The notes under the pieces are model-generated. The model saw nothing but the letters and a program-made list of their open reading frames with translations, was not told the DNA's origin and made no database searches. 47,576 bases of DNA, from assembly GCA_964617385.1 (NCBI GenBank), contig CAZTYX010000001.1, positions 1-47,576 on the forward strand, written 5' to 3'. Position numbers and translations under genes: made by a program. Position 1 is the first letter of the stretch; each line of letters starts with the position of its first letter. The stretch is from an uncultured Flavobacteriaceae bacterium. Lineage in GTDB: Bacteria > Bacteroidota > Bacteroidia > Flavobacteriales > Flavobacteriaceae. Of this stretch, positions 1 through 8,388 are shown piece by piece.

Positions 1-678
1 GCCCTCTTGAATTTGCTGGTGATATATATCAAACAAGATTTTACAAGAAGGGGAATTAACCGCTTTACATACTTCATAAGCTTGTGGACTTTCAGAGAGA
101 AACAACCCAGGATGATCGCGGAAATTCAACGGTTCCAAAACCATCACTAAATCATGAGGCTCCAAAATGGCAGCGGCCTGTTTAAGACTTTCCACTACAT
201 GAGCGGTTTGATAGGCCATATTTTGTCGCATATCCACAAAGCCGGGCACCACTGTCATCCATTTGGCGTTAACGCGTTTGGCCACCTCCACTGCTTTACG
301 GATATAGTCTAAAAATTCGGCGCGTAATGTAGCATCACCACTGGTTAAATTGGGTTTACGCCAATAAATTTGATGCGCCACAAACACGCCCATGGTAAGG
401 CCACGCTTAGCCATGGTTTGGGCCATTTTTTCTTGTAGCGCCACGGGACGTTCCCGCATGCCGTTGTCTTCGAAGGCTGTAAACCCTTGATCGGCCATAA
501 AATTGAGTTGATCAATGGGGTCATCTCCAGCGTGGTGCTTAAACATTCCCAAATGTGGGGCATAATGCAAATTGTATTTATAGCCCCCCTGCGCAGGCGT
601 TGTCGCTCCCCACAAAGGAGTAGCGGCAGCCCCCAAACCAGCAGCAGTCAACGTTTGGGCAAAAATTCTTCTTTTCAT
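1..678 (-). CDS. Sugar phosphate isomerase/epimerase (xylose-isomerase-like TIM barrel, hydroxypyruvate-isomerase-like) with a Tat-like signal; 3' end cut by the window edge
   Basis: Not in the ORF track because it is open-ended. My hand translation of the reverse strand from the ATG at 676-678 is open all the way to position 1 (226 codons): MKRRIFAQTLTAAGLGAAATPLWG...LEPLNFRDHPG...FDIYHQQIQEG. The EPLN and DxYHxQ motifs are typical of this TIM-barrel family. The start lies 1 nt after the stop of the upstream gene. Confidence 0.75.
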   Translation of the reverse strand, partial: MKRRIFAQTLTAAGLGAAATPLWGATTPAQGGYKYNLHYAPHLGMFKHHAGDDPIDQLNFMADQGFTAFEDNGMRERPVALQEKMAQTMAKRGLTMGVFVAHQIYWRKPNLTSGDATLRAEFLDYIRKAVEVAKRVNAKWMTVVPGFVDMRQNMAYQTAHVVESLKQAAAILEPHDLVMVLEPLNFRDHPGLFLSESPQAYEVCKAVNSPSCKILFDIYHQQIQEG

Positions 679-679
679 A

Positions 680-2005
680 TCAAATAAATTTTGTTTTACC
701 GGGCATCGGAATTTCATAGTTTCCGTTGGCGTCTGGCATAACGGGAGGTGTGCTGTTCCAATCCATGTGTTCGGGCATGAGTTGCAAGTCCGAATTTAAG
801 GCTTGTTCAAAAGTGATTACTTCACCCGAATAGGTTGCCATACGCCCTAAAATAGCTGTGAGCGTAGCTTTTGCTCCATTTTCTGCATCGGCAATAACCC
901 CACCATTTCGGATGGAGGCAAACAATTCATCGTGCTCTACTTGATAGGGGTTGGCCCCTCTTTGTTTGTATTGATACACCACATTGCCATCAAGGTCTTT
1001 GATTTTTCCTGCGCCAATTTCAATACTCCCTTTGGTGCCTTGGAAACTTTCATCAACACGACGCATACAATTTGGAATATGGCGGCATTGACTAGAAATT
1101 ACTGCTCCACTAGCATAGGTAAACTCCACAAAGTGATGGTCATAAATTTCGCCGTGATCTTTGCCATTGCGCACCTGACGTCCCCCCATTCCTTGGGCTG
1201 ATACGGGATAATCGCCCACAAACCAGTTGCCCACATCAATATTGTGAATGTGTTGTTCTAAAATATGATCGCCACACAACCAATTAAAATAATACCAATT
1301 GCGCATTTGATATTCCAATTCCGTTTGACTGGCTTGGCGCTCACGCACCCATACCCCATCGCTATTCCAATAGACCTGTCCCCCTGTAATTTTTCCAATG
1401 GCACCTTCACGCACTTTGGCTAGTAAGTCCAAATAACGTTTTTGATAGTGGCGCTGTAAACCCACCACCACATTGAGTTTTTTTTGTTTGGCCACACGCG
1501 CCATTTCTAACACTTTGCGCACTCCCACAGGGTCGGTGGCAACGGGTTTTTCCATAAACACGTGTTTGTCATTATTAATGGCATATTCGAAGTGATAGGG
1601 TCTAAATCCGGGGGGTGTAGTGAGAATGACAACATCAGCCATATCAATGGCTTTTTTATAGGCATCAAAGCCCACAAAACGGTGCTTTTCTTTTACATCA
1701 ATTTTCTTCTCCCCTTCAAAATGTTTTTGAATGCTGTTCAAACTGTTTTCTAGGCGATCAGCAAAGGCATCGGCCATGGCCACCAATTCTACATTTTCAT
1801 CGGCAGTGAGGGCTTGCACGGCAGCGCCAGAACCGCGGCCACCACAACCCACCAAAGCAAGTTTTAATGTCTTTTCATTTTGCAAATGGCCCATGCCAGA
1901 CACACCCATGGGGGCGGCCATCAACCCGCCTGTGATTAGGGCCGATGTTTTTACAAAAGAACGTCTCGATTGTCCTTCGTTTTGTTGATTGTTGTTGTTT
2001 TTCAT
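680..2005 (-). CDS. Gfo/Idh/MocA family oxidoreductase with twin-arginine (Tat) signal
   Basis: 441-aa ORF. N-terminus contains SRRSFVKTSALITGG (Tat motif). Rossmann motif LALVGCGGRGSGAA is followed by the family-typical EKP region (FMEKPVA). Confidence 0.85.
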   Translation of the reverse strand: MKNNNNQQNEGQSRRSFVKTSALITGGLMAAPMGVSGMGHLQNEKTLKLALVGCGGRGSGAAVQALTADENVELVAMADAFADRLENSLNSIQKHFEGEKKIDVKEKHRFVGFDAYKKAIDMADVVILTTPPGFRPYHFEYAINNDKHVFMEKPVATDPVGVRKVLEMARVAKQKKLNVVVGLQRHYQKRYLDLLAKVREGAIGKITGGQVYWNSDGVWVRERQASQTELEYQMRNWYYFNWLCGDHILEQHIHNIDVGNWFVGDYPVSAQGMGGRQVRNGKDHGEIYDHHFVEFTYASGAVISSQCRHIPNCMRRVDESFQGTKGSIEIGAGKIKDLDGNVVYQYKQRGANPYQVEHDELFASIRNGGVIADAENGAKATLTAILGRMATYSGEVITFEQALNSDLQLMPEHMDWNSTPPVMPDANGNYEIPMPGKTKFI

Positions 2006-2011
2006 GATTGT

Positions 2012-2983
2012 TTATTTAGATGATTCGTAACTCCAATATTGTTTTTGTTGTTCAGGAATAGGGGTGTTTTTAGGACGCACCACTCGGAAGCCGACAAAAT
2101 CGGCATCGGTGTGCCACCATAAACTTTTAGGGATTTGAGGGTCTTGTTGTTTCCATTGTCTTGAAGAAGGACGCCGCGCGGCGGCACGCAAACGACTGGG
2201 AGGATCAATCCAAGAACCCCCGCGCACAGTGCGTGGATAGGTTTTTGTGGGCACCACATAGGGATTGGCTGTGGTTTGTCCAGCACGGGTGCTATAGGTG
2301 GCAGGGCTGTATTGATCCAAGGTCCATTCGGCCACATTGCCGTGCATATCGTATAACCCCCAAGGATTCGGCTTTTTTTGCCCCACGGGTTGGTATTTCT
2401 CATTGCTGTTGCTTTCAAGCCAAGCATAATCCTCAAGGGCTGTGGGATCATCAGCAAAAGAATAAGCCGTTGTGGTGCCAGCTCTACAAGCATATTCCCA
2501 TTCGGCCTCAGTGGGCAATCGATAAAAATGCCCTGTCATGGCAGAGAGCCATTCACAAAATTTTACAGCGGCCAACTGGGTCATGCAAATGGCCGGATAG
2601 CCTGTGGTGCCCATGCCAAAACTCATGTCGGTGTAGGGCGGTGTGGCTCTTGATACGGCATCTACAGCAACTTGTACTTCATTGGAGGCATCCAAAGCGG
2701 GTTGGGCAGCATCAATAGAGCCTTGCATAAAGAGACTGTATAAATCCCATGTGATTTCAAATTGACCCATCCAAAAATCATCAATGGTCACTTCATGCTG
2801 GGGGCCTTCATCGCCAAAATGACCGGCTTCACTCTTAGGGCTACCCATCATAAAACGCCCCCCCTCAATATAGACCATAGGCAAGGTGGCTGTGGTTTCG
2901 GGGAGTTTTTCAATATAATTTGATTGGGCGTCTAGGGCACCAAAAGCAAAAAAGCAAAAAAGAAAAAGAGGGTGTGGTTTCAT
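2012..2983 (-). CDS. Formylglycine-generating-enzyme-fold (SUMF1/EgtB/PvdO family) protein, secreted; lacks the FGE catalytic cysteine pair
   Basis: 323-aa ORF with a signal peptide (FFAFGALDAQS). Contains YRLPTEAEWEYACRAG and RGGSWIDPPSRLRAAARR, which are FGE-sulfatase domain hallmarks. Confidence 0.8.
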   Translation of the reverse strand: MKPHPLFLFCFFAFGALDAQSNYIEKLPETTATLPMVYIEGGRFMMGSPKSEAGHFGDEGPQHEVTIDDFWMGQFEITWDLYSLFMQGSIDAAQPALDASNEVQVAVDAVSRATPPYTDMSFGMGTTGYPAICMTQLAAVKFCEWLSAMTGHFYRLPTEAEWEYACRAGTTTAYSFADDPTALEDYAWLESNSNEKYQPVGQKKPNPWGLYDMHGNVAEWTLDQYSPATYSTRAGQTTANPYVVPTKTYPRTVRGGSWIDPPSRLRAAARRPSSRQWKQQDPQIPKSLWWHTDADFVGFRVVRPKNTPIPEQQKQYWSYESSK

Positions 2984-3218
2984 TCCCCTAAAATTAGTTT
3001 TTTTTTGAATTTCTTTTAAGAATTGTTGTTTATACCGAAAAATTTAGGAATTTCTTATGATTCATAATGGATTTTAAGTTACCTAATATAAGAAGGAAAA
3101 AGTAAACAAACAACTCCTAATAATCATTTGAATTGCTTAGTTCATAATTAATTATTACTATTATTTTTTAGTTTCAAATATTTGCATAATTTTAACACTT
3201 CAATAAATCTAATTTTAA

Positions 3219-6200
3219 ATGAAACAAACAAATTTTAAACTTAAACATGCGTTCCGCTCCTTAATGATATTGGGAGCCATGCTCTTTTTGAGTGTAGGGG
3301 CTTATGCACAACAAACGGTTACGGGTAATGTGACCGATGGTGTGTCTCCCCTTCCTGGCGTGAACGTTATTATTAAAGGCACTACCCAAGGGGTGGTGAC
3401 TGACTTTGACGGAAATTTTTCCATTGAATTGCCCAACGGAGATGAGATTTTAGTCTTTTCTTACCTCGGCTTTACCACCCAAGAAGTGGCCGCTACAGAC
3501 AGCATGAATATTGTGCTAGACGCTGGCTCTGACGAATTGGAAGAAGTGGTGGTTACTGGTTATGGGGCACAAAGAAAAGCTACAGTTACAGGTGCCGTTA
3601 CCCAAATCAAAGGCGAGAGCGTTGTAAAATCGCCCGCTGTAGATTTAACCAATTCCTTGGCTGGTCGTTTGCCTGGTATTACCGTTCGACAAGGATCTGG
3701 TGAGCCTGGATATGATGGAGCTTCCATCAATATTCGTGGTTTAAACACCTTAGGAAATTCCAGTCCTTTAATTGTAATCGACGGTATTCCCGATCGTGAT
3801 GGTGGTATTGGCCGATTGAATCCACAAGACATCGAAAGCATTTCTGTGTTAAAGGATGCCTCCTCTGCCATTTATGGGGCACGTGCTGCTAATGGGGTAA
3901 TTTTGATTACCACGAAACGCGGTGCTACAGGAGAACCTTCTTTAGAATATAGCTTTAATGCTGGGTTTTCAACACCCACTGTATTTCCTGAAATGTCTAG
4001 CGCATTTGAATATGCAAGCATCATGAACGAGGTGCCAATTTACAAGAACATACCTTCTACCGAATGGGGTGCCGCTTGGAACAGTATTCAATCTACAGGA
4101 ACATATACTTCTGCCGGCAACGGAACTACTATAAATTCAAATTATAGCCCCGAAGCGGTGCAGGGATATCAAACGGGTAACGACCCATGGAAATACCCTA
4201 ACACCGATTGGTATAGAGACACCTTTAAAGAATGGGCGCCTCAACAACGCCACAATTTACAACTCTCTGGTGGTACTGAAAAAGTAAAATACTTTACTTC
4301 TTTAGGCTACATTTATCAAGATGCTATTTACGAAAATTCTGCCACCTACTACAAGCAATACAACTTGCGCATGAACTTGGATGCAGAAGTTAATGAATAT
4401 GTTAAAATGAATCTTGGGATAATGTCCCGTCGTGAAGACCGAAACTTCCCCACTGTGGGTGCCGGTGCCATCTTTAGAATGTTGCAACGTGGTCGCCCTG
4501 TGGAACCCGCCTTCTGGCCCACTGGAGAACCTGGACCAGATATTGAAAACGGACAAAACCCTGTGGTGGTTACAACCGGTGCTACTGGATATGTTAAAAA
4601 TCCTAAAGATTATATCCAAATTAACAGTGGTGTGACTATTTCCAACCCTTGGATTGAAGGCTTGGATTTGATAATCAACGGTTCTGTTGACGTAAATAGA
4701 GAAACCAACAAAAGATGGGAAACACCATGGAAATTATACGCATGGGATGGTGTGAATCGCGATTCTAGCGGATTGAGCGGAAACGTTCGTTCTCCCTTCA
4801 CCGATGCGCGTTTAACACAAAGCGCTAACTCTGTATTAAACTCAACCTTATCTGCGCAGCTAAAGTATGATTTTACCCTAGGTGAAAATCACGACTTTGG
4901 TTTGTTTGCTGGGGTAACAAGAGAACAATTTACAGGGTCTAATTTCTTTGCCTTTAGAAGAAATTATATTTCTCCTGCCATTGACCAACTTTTTGCTGGG
5001 GGTGCGCTAGACCAAAACACTGGTGGTTCTGCCTATGACAGAACGCGTTTAGGATATTATGGTAGAGTACAATACAACTACAACGATACCTATTTGGCCG
5101 AATTGCTTTTCCGTCGAGATGGTTCATACATCTTCCCAAAAGAAGGACGCTATGGTAACTTCCCTGGGATTTTGCTCGGTTGGAATATTTCAAACGAATC
5201 TTGGTTTGACGTAAGTGGAATCAACTATTTGAAATTTAGAGGTTCTTATGGTGAGATGGGTAACGATCAAGTATTCTACAATGGTAGTTTACAAGAATAT
5301 GCTTTCCTTTCTACCTTTGGATTCGGCGAATATCCTATCAACAGTCAGGTGGTTAAAACCTTATATGAAACTGTTTTACCCAACCCCAACTTTACTTGGG
5401 AGGTGGCGCGAAATACCAACATTGGTTTAGACGCCAAATTATTTGATCGTTTCAATTTAACCTTAGAATGGTTTAACAACCAACGAGACAATATTTTGAT
5501 CCAATTGCAAGGTAGCACACCTGCTTCCTCAGGAATTAGCAGCTTGCTTCCACCAACCAACTTTGGTAAGATGAACAACAGTGGTTACGAATTCTCTCTT
5601 GTATACAATGGAGGAGACACCAATTATGTTGATTCAAATGCTTTCCGATATAATATTGGAGTGAATGGAGGATACAATAAAAATGAAGTAGTCTTTATTG
5701 ATGAAGTGTCTGGAGCACCTGCCTATCAATTGCAAGAAGGAAAGCCCTTAGGTGCCTACTTGCTCTATGAAACAGATGGTGTGTTTAGAGATGCCAATGA
5801 TATTGCAGCCAACACCGTGGACTACAGCGGCGTTACACCACAGCTTTTGCCTGGTGACTTGCGCTTGGTAGACTACAATGGTGATGGCAAAATTGATGCT
5901 GATGACCAAGTACGTCAAGACAAGAGTTTTACACCACAATTCCAATATGGTATTACGTTAGATGTGAGCTATAAAAACTTTGATCTTTCTGTTTTATTCC
6001 AAGGATCTACTGGGGCATTGGCCTTGTTTAGTGGTGAATTTGGTGATATTGGAAACTACTATAAGTGGCAATATGACAACCGTTGGAGCATTGACAATCC
6101 AAGTAACGTTCACCCACGTTTAGCCCTACGTGGAGACACCTATTATTCGGGTGGTAATTTTGCAAACAACACTTATAATTATTTCAGCACTGATTATTTC

Positions 6201-6398
6201 CGTCTCAAAAACTTAGAGCTCGGATATAATGTGCCAGAGGCAAGTTTAAACAACAATTTTGTCTCAAACCTACGATTGTATGTGAGTGGATTGAATCTAC
6301 TTACTTTCTCAGCATTTGATATATGGGATCCTGAAGTAGCTGGTAGAGGGTATCCTATGTCAAAAGTGTTAAATGTTGGAGCCAGAGTAAACTTTTAA
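3219..6398 (+). CDS. susC: SusC/RagA-family TonB-dependent outer-membrane transporter
   Basis: 1059-aa ORF with a signal peptide ending AYAQQ. Has a carboxypeptidase-regulatory-like domain (VTGNVTDG..PLPGVNVIIKGTTQGVVTDFDGNFSI) and plug motifs (EEVVVTGYG, ISVLKDASSAIYGARAANGVILITTKRG). C-terminal residue is F. No N-terminal STN signalling domain is apparent. Confidence 0.95.
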   Translation: MKQTNFKLKHAFRSLMILGAMLFLSVGAYAQQTVTGNVTDGVSPLPGVNVIIKGTTQGVVTDFDGNFSIELPNGDEILVFSYLGFTTQEVAATDSMNIVLDAGSDELEEVVVTGYGAQRKATVTGAVTQIKGESVVKSPAVDLTNSLAGRLPGITVRQGSGEPGYDGASINIRGLNTLGNSSPLIVIDGIPDRDGGIGRLNPQDIESISVLKDASSAIYGARAANGVILITTKRGATGEPSLEYSFNAGFSTPTVFPEMSSAFEYASIMNEVPIYKNIPSTEWGAAWNSIQSTGTYTSAGNGTTINSNYSPEAVQGYQTGNDPWKYPNTDWYRDTFKEWAPQQRHNLQLSGGTEKVKYFTSLGYIYQDAIYENSATYYKQYNLRMNLDAEVNEYVKMNLGIMSRREDRNFPTVGAGAIFRMLQRGRPVEPAFWPTGEPGPDIENGQNPVVVTTGATGYVKNPKDYIQINSGVTISNPWIEGLDLIINGSVDVNRETNKRWETPWKLYAWDGVNRDSSGLSGNVRSPFTDARLTQSANSVLNSTLSAQLKYDFTLGENHDFGLFAGVTREQFTGSNFFAFRRNYISPAIDQLFAGGALDQNTGGSAYDRTRLGYYGRVQYNYNDTYLAELLFRRDGSYIFPKEGRYGNFPGILLGWNISNESWFDVSGINYLKFRGSYGEMGNDQVFYNGSLQEYAFLSTFGFGEYPINSQVVKTLYETVLPNPNFTWEVARNTNIGLDAKLFDRFNLTLEWFNNQRDNILIQLQGSTPASSGISSLLPPTNFGKMNNSGYEFSLVYNGGDTNYVDSNAFRYNIGVNGGYNKNEVVFIDEVSGAPAYQLQEGKPLGAYLLYETDGVFRDANDIAANTVDYSGVTPQLLPGDLRLVDYNGDGKIDADDQVRQDKSFTPQFQYGITLDVSYKNFDLSVLFQGSTGALALFSGEFGDIGNYYKWQYDNRWSIDNPSNVHPRLALRGDTYYSGGNFANNTYNYFSTDYFRLKNLELGYNVPEASLNNNFVSNLRLYVSGLNLLTFSAFDIWDPEVAGRGYPMSKVLNVGARVNF

Positions 6399-6417
6399 TT
6401 AGTAAAGAATTATAGTT

Positions 6418-8283
6418 ATGAATTATTTAAACAATGTAAAAACGAGATTAGCGGCAAGCATGTTAGCCCTTATGGTGATTTTCTATGCTTGTAATGATGA
6501 TTTTTTAGAAACGACCCCTTTGGATAAGATATCCAGTTCGGCCACATGGAGTGATGGAACGCTAGCTGAAGCATTTGTATTTAGTGTATATTCCTATTTG
6601 GGGTATGGCGGATTTGAAGAGCAAATGCAAGCAGTGTATACTGATGAAAGTATGTTTACTCACGCCGGTCGAAATATCAACACCTTCAACGAAGGGTCTG
6701 AAACACCTTCAAGCCTTGCTTGGACAAGTGGAACGTATAGCTGGAATTCAATGTATTCTGCTATTCGTCAGGCCAATGTAGCACTGGCAAATATTCCAGA
6801 AGCTACCTTTGATGACCAAGGGTTAAAAGATCAATTGATGGGTGAAGCCCATTTTTTGCGGGCCTATTATTATCACCAGTTACTTCGCTTCTATGGTGGG
6901 GTACCAATTATTGATAAGCCCTATACCCTAGAGGACGAGTTAACCATTGCTCGAAATAGCTTTGAAGAAACAGTAAACTTTATTGTTGCTGATTTAGACA
7001 AAGCGGCAAGTATGCTTAATGGAAAGTCATTAGCCGCCGGTAGAGCGTCGAAAGTGGCTGCTATGGCATTAAAATCAAGAGTATTGCTTTATGCTGCAAG
7101 TGATTTACACGAATCAAGCAAAGCTCCTTCAGGATTTAACTCACCACTGCACACCTATTCTGGTGGTCAACAAGGCCGTTGGCAAGCGGCACAAGCTGCT
7201 GCCAAAGCGGTTTTAGACATCACCACCGGTTACAAAACCGATTTGGCTGCACCCGTGAGTCATGCTGAAGGTATTGAAAACGCCATTGCAATTGCCATGG
7301 GAGGTAAAAGTGCCGTTGCCGATGCTGGAGCAGCTGCTGAATTGATTTTTCAGCGTACACTCACATCAGACTATAAGCCTGAAGACAACTGGCCCTTAGG
7401 TGGAACTCACTTTGGAGTGAATAACGGACCAAACGGTTATCACAACTGGAGTGGAAACCCACCCATCCAACAATTGGTAGACGACTATGAAATGATGGAT
7501 GGATCTAAATTTGATTGGTCTAATGCTACTCACAAAGCAGATCCTTATGCCAACAGAGACCCTCGTATGTATGCGACCGTTTTATATGATGGTGCTTCAT
7601 GGAAGCCAAGACCAGCTGATGTGGTAAGTTATGATCCGTATGATGAAATTCAAACAGGTTATTATGATGACGGAAATGGTGGTTTTGTTAATGGTGTAGA
7701 CACTCGTGAATCCCCCATCGAAAACTGGAACGGTAGTAGAACACACTATAACAATAGAAAGTTCATCGACCCTAACCCTGCGTTGGTGGATAACCTCACC
7801 AGCCATCAGGTACTCCCTTGGCCTTTTATTCGCTATGCAGAAGTTGTTCTAAATTATGTAGAAGCTTCCATAGAATTAGGACAAGAAGCAGAAGCGCAAA
7901 ATTGGTTGAATAAAACACGCTTTAGAGTGGGCATGCCAGCTATTACAGATAGTGGCGACGCACTCAAACAACGTTATCGCAACGAAAGACGTGTGGAATT
8001 GGCCTTTGAAGAGCACCGTTATCACGATGCCAGACGATGGCTCATTGCTAGTGAAACACTTGGCCGGGGTGTTAAAGTTATTAATGTAACTGCCACTCTA
8101 AAAGCGGGTAAATCACCAAACGTACCTTACAAACACGACAAGTCTGTATACGATTATACCTATGATGTTCAAAACGATACTTCTATCGAAAACAGAACAT
8201 GGAAGGATAAAATGTATTACCGACCCATTAGTCGTGATGAAATGAATAAAAACAACTTACTGGAACAAAATCCAGGCTACTAA
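6418..8283 (+). CDS. susD: SusD/RagB-family nutrient-binding outer-membrane lipoprotein
   Basis: 621-aa ORF starting 19 nt after susC. Lipobox is IFYAC followed by NDD. SusD-like motifs include RAYYYHQLLRFYGGVPII and ERRVELAFEEHRYHDARRW. Confidence 0.93.
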   Translation: MNYLNNVKTRLAASMLALMVIFYACNDDFLETTPLDKISSSATWSDGTLAEAFVFSVYSYLGYGGFEEQMQAVYTDESMFTHAGRNINTFNEGSETPSSLAWTSGTYSWNSMYSAIRQANVALANIPEATFDDQGLKDQLMGEAHFLRAYYYHQLLRFYGGVPIIDKPYTLEDELTIARNSFEETVNFIVADLDKAASMLNGKSLAAGRASKVAAMALKSRVLLYAASDLHESSKAPSGFNSPLHTYSGGQQGRWQAAQAAAKAVLDITTGYKTDLAAPVSHAEGIENAIAIAMGGKSAVADAGAAAELIFQRTLTSDYKPEDNWPLGGTHFGVNNGPNGYHNWSGNPPIQQLVDDYEMMDGSKFDWSNATHKADPYANRDPRMYATVLYDGASWKPRPADVVSYDPYDEIQTGYYDDGNGGFVNGVDTRESPIENWNGSRTHYNNRKFIDPNPALVDNLTSHQVLPWPFIRYAEVVLNYVEASIELGQEAEAQNWLNKTRFRVGMPAITDSGDALKQRYRNERRVELAFEEHRYHDARRWLIASETLGRGVKVINVTATLKAGKSPNVPYKHDKSVYDYTYDVQNDTSIENRTWKDKMYYRPISRDEMNKNNLLEQNPGY

Positions 8284-8310
8284 TTCATTTCCCTTTTTAA
8301 GGTTTAAGAC

Positions 8311-8348
8311 AATATATCCACTGTGTTTCGCAGTGGATATATTTTTTT
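8311..8348 (+). terminator. Rho-independent terminator after susD
   Basis: Perfect 12-bp stem ATATATCCACTG (8312-8323) pairs with CAGTGGATATAT (8331-8342). The loop is 7 nt (TGTTTCG), and the run of seven T at 8342-8348 begins with the last stem base. Confidence 0.85.
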
Positions 8349-8388
8349 AAATACCCAATCGCCAACCTATAAAAACAAAACTAATTTT

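Noticed and set aside
345-563. The 72-aa minus-strand ORF from the track, and the 487-687 plus-strand ORF
   Set aside because: Both lie inside the open-ended TIM-barrel isomerase gene (1-678, minus), which reads through in a different frame with family-typical motifs. Their own translations are low-complexity and motif-free.
2002-2718. ORFs of 163, 185 and 91 aa overlapping the FGE-fold gene
   Set aside because: These are alternative-frame or antisense ORFs within a gene that has strong domain motifs. Their composition (Cys/Trp/Arg/Gln-rich) looks non-coding.
2012-2983. Annotating the FGE-fold protein as a sulfatase-maturating enzyme, and the locus as sulfated-glycan specific
   Set aside because: The catalytic cysteine pair is absent and no sulfatase is encoded in the window.
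3007-3056. Direct 9-mer repeat GAATTTCTT (3007-3015 and 3048-3056) in the divergent intergenic region upstream of susC, considered as a possible operator
   Set aside because: In a 235-bp AT-rich spacer, a single 9-mer recurrence is roughly what chance predicts. There is no palindromic structure and no nearby regulator gene to support it.
2984-3218. Search for a TAnnTTTG promoter for susC
   Set aside because: Only near-misses are present (for example AATATTTG at about 3180). I did not call a promoter; the TSS may use a non-consensus box or an alternative sigma factor.
8323-8388. GTG-initiated N-terminal extension of the large propeller gene
   Set aside because: The GTG lies inside the 12-bp terminator stem. 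The downstream ATG at 8389 gives a clean lipoprotein signal peptide.
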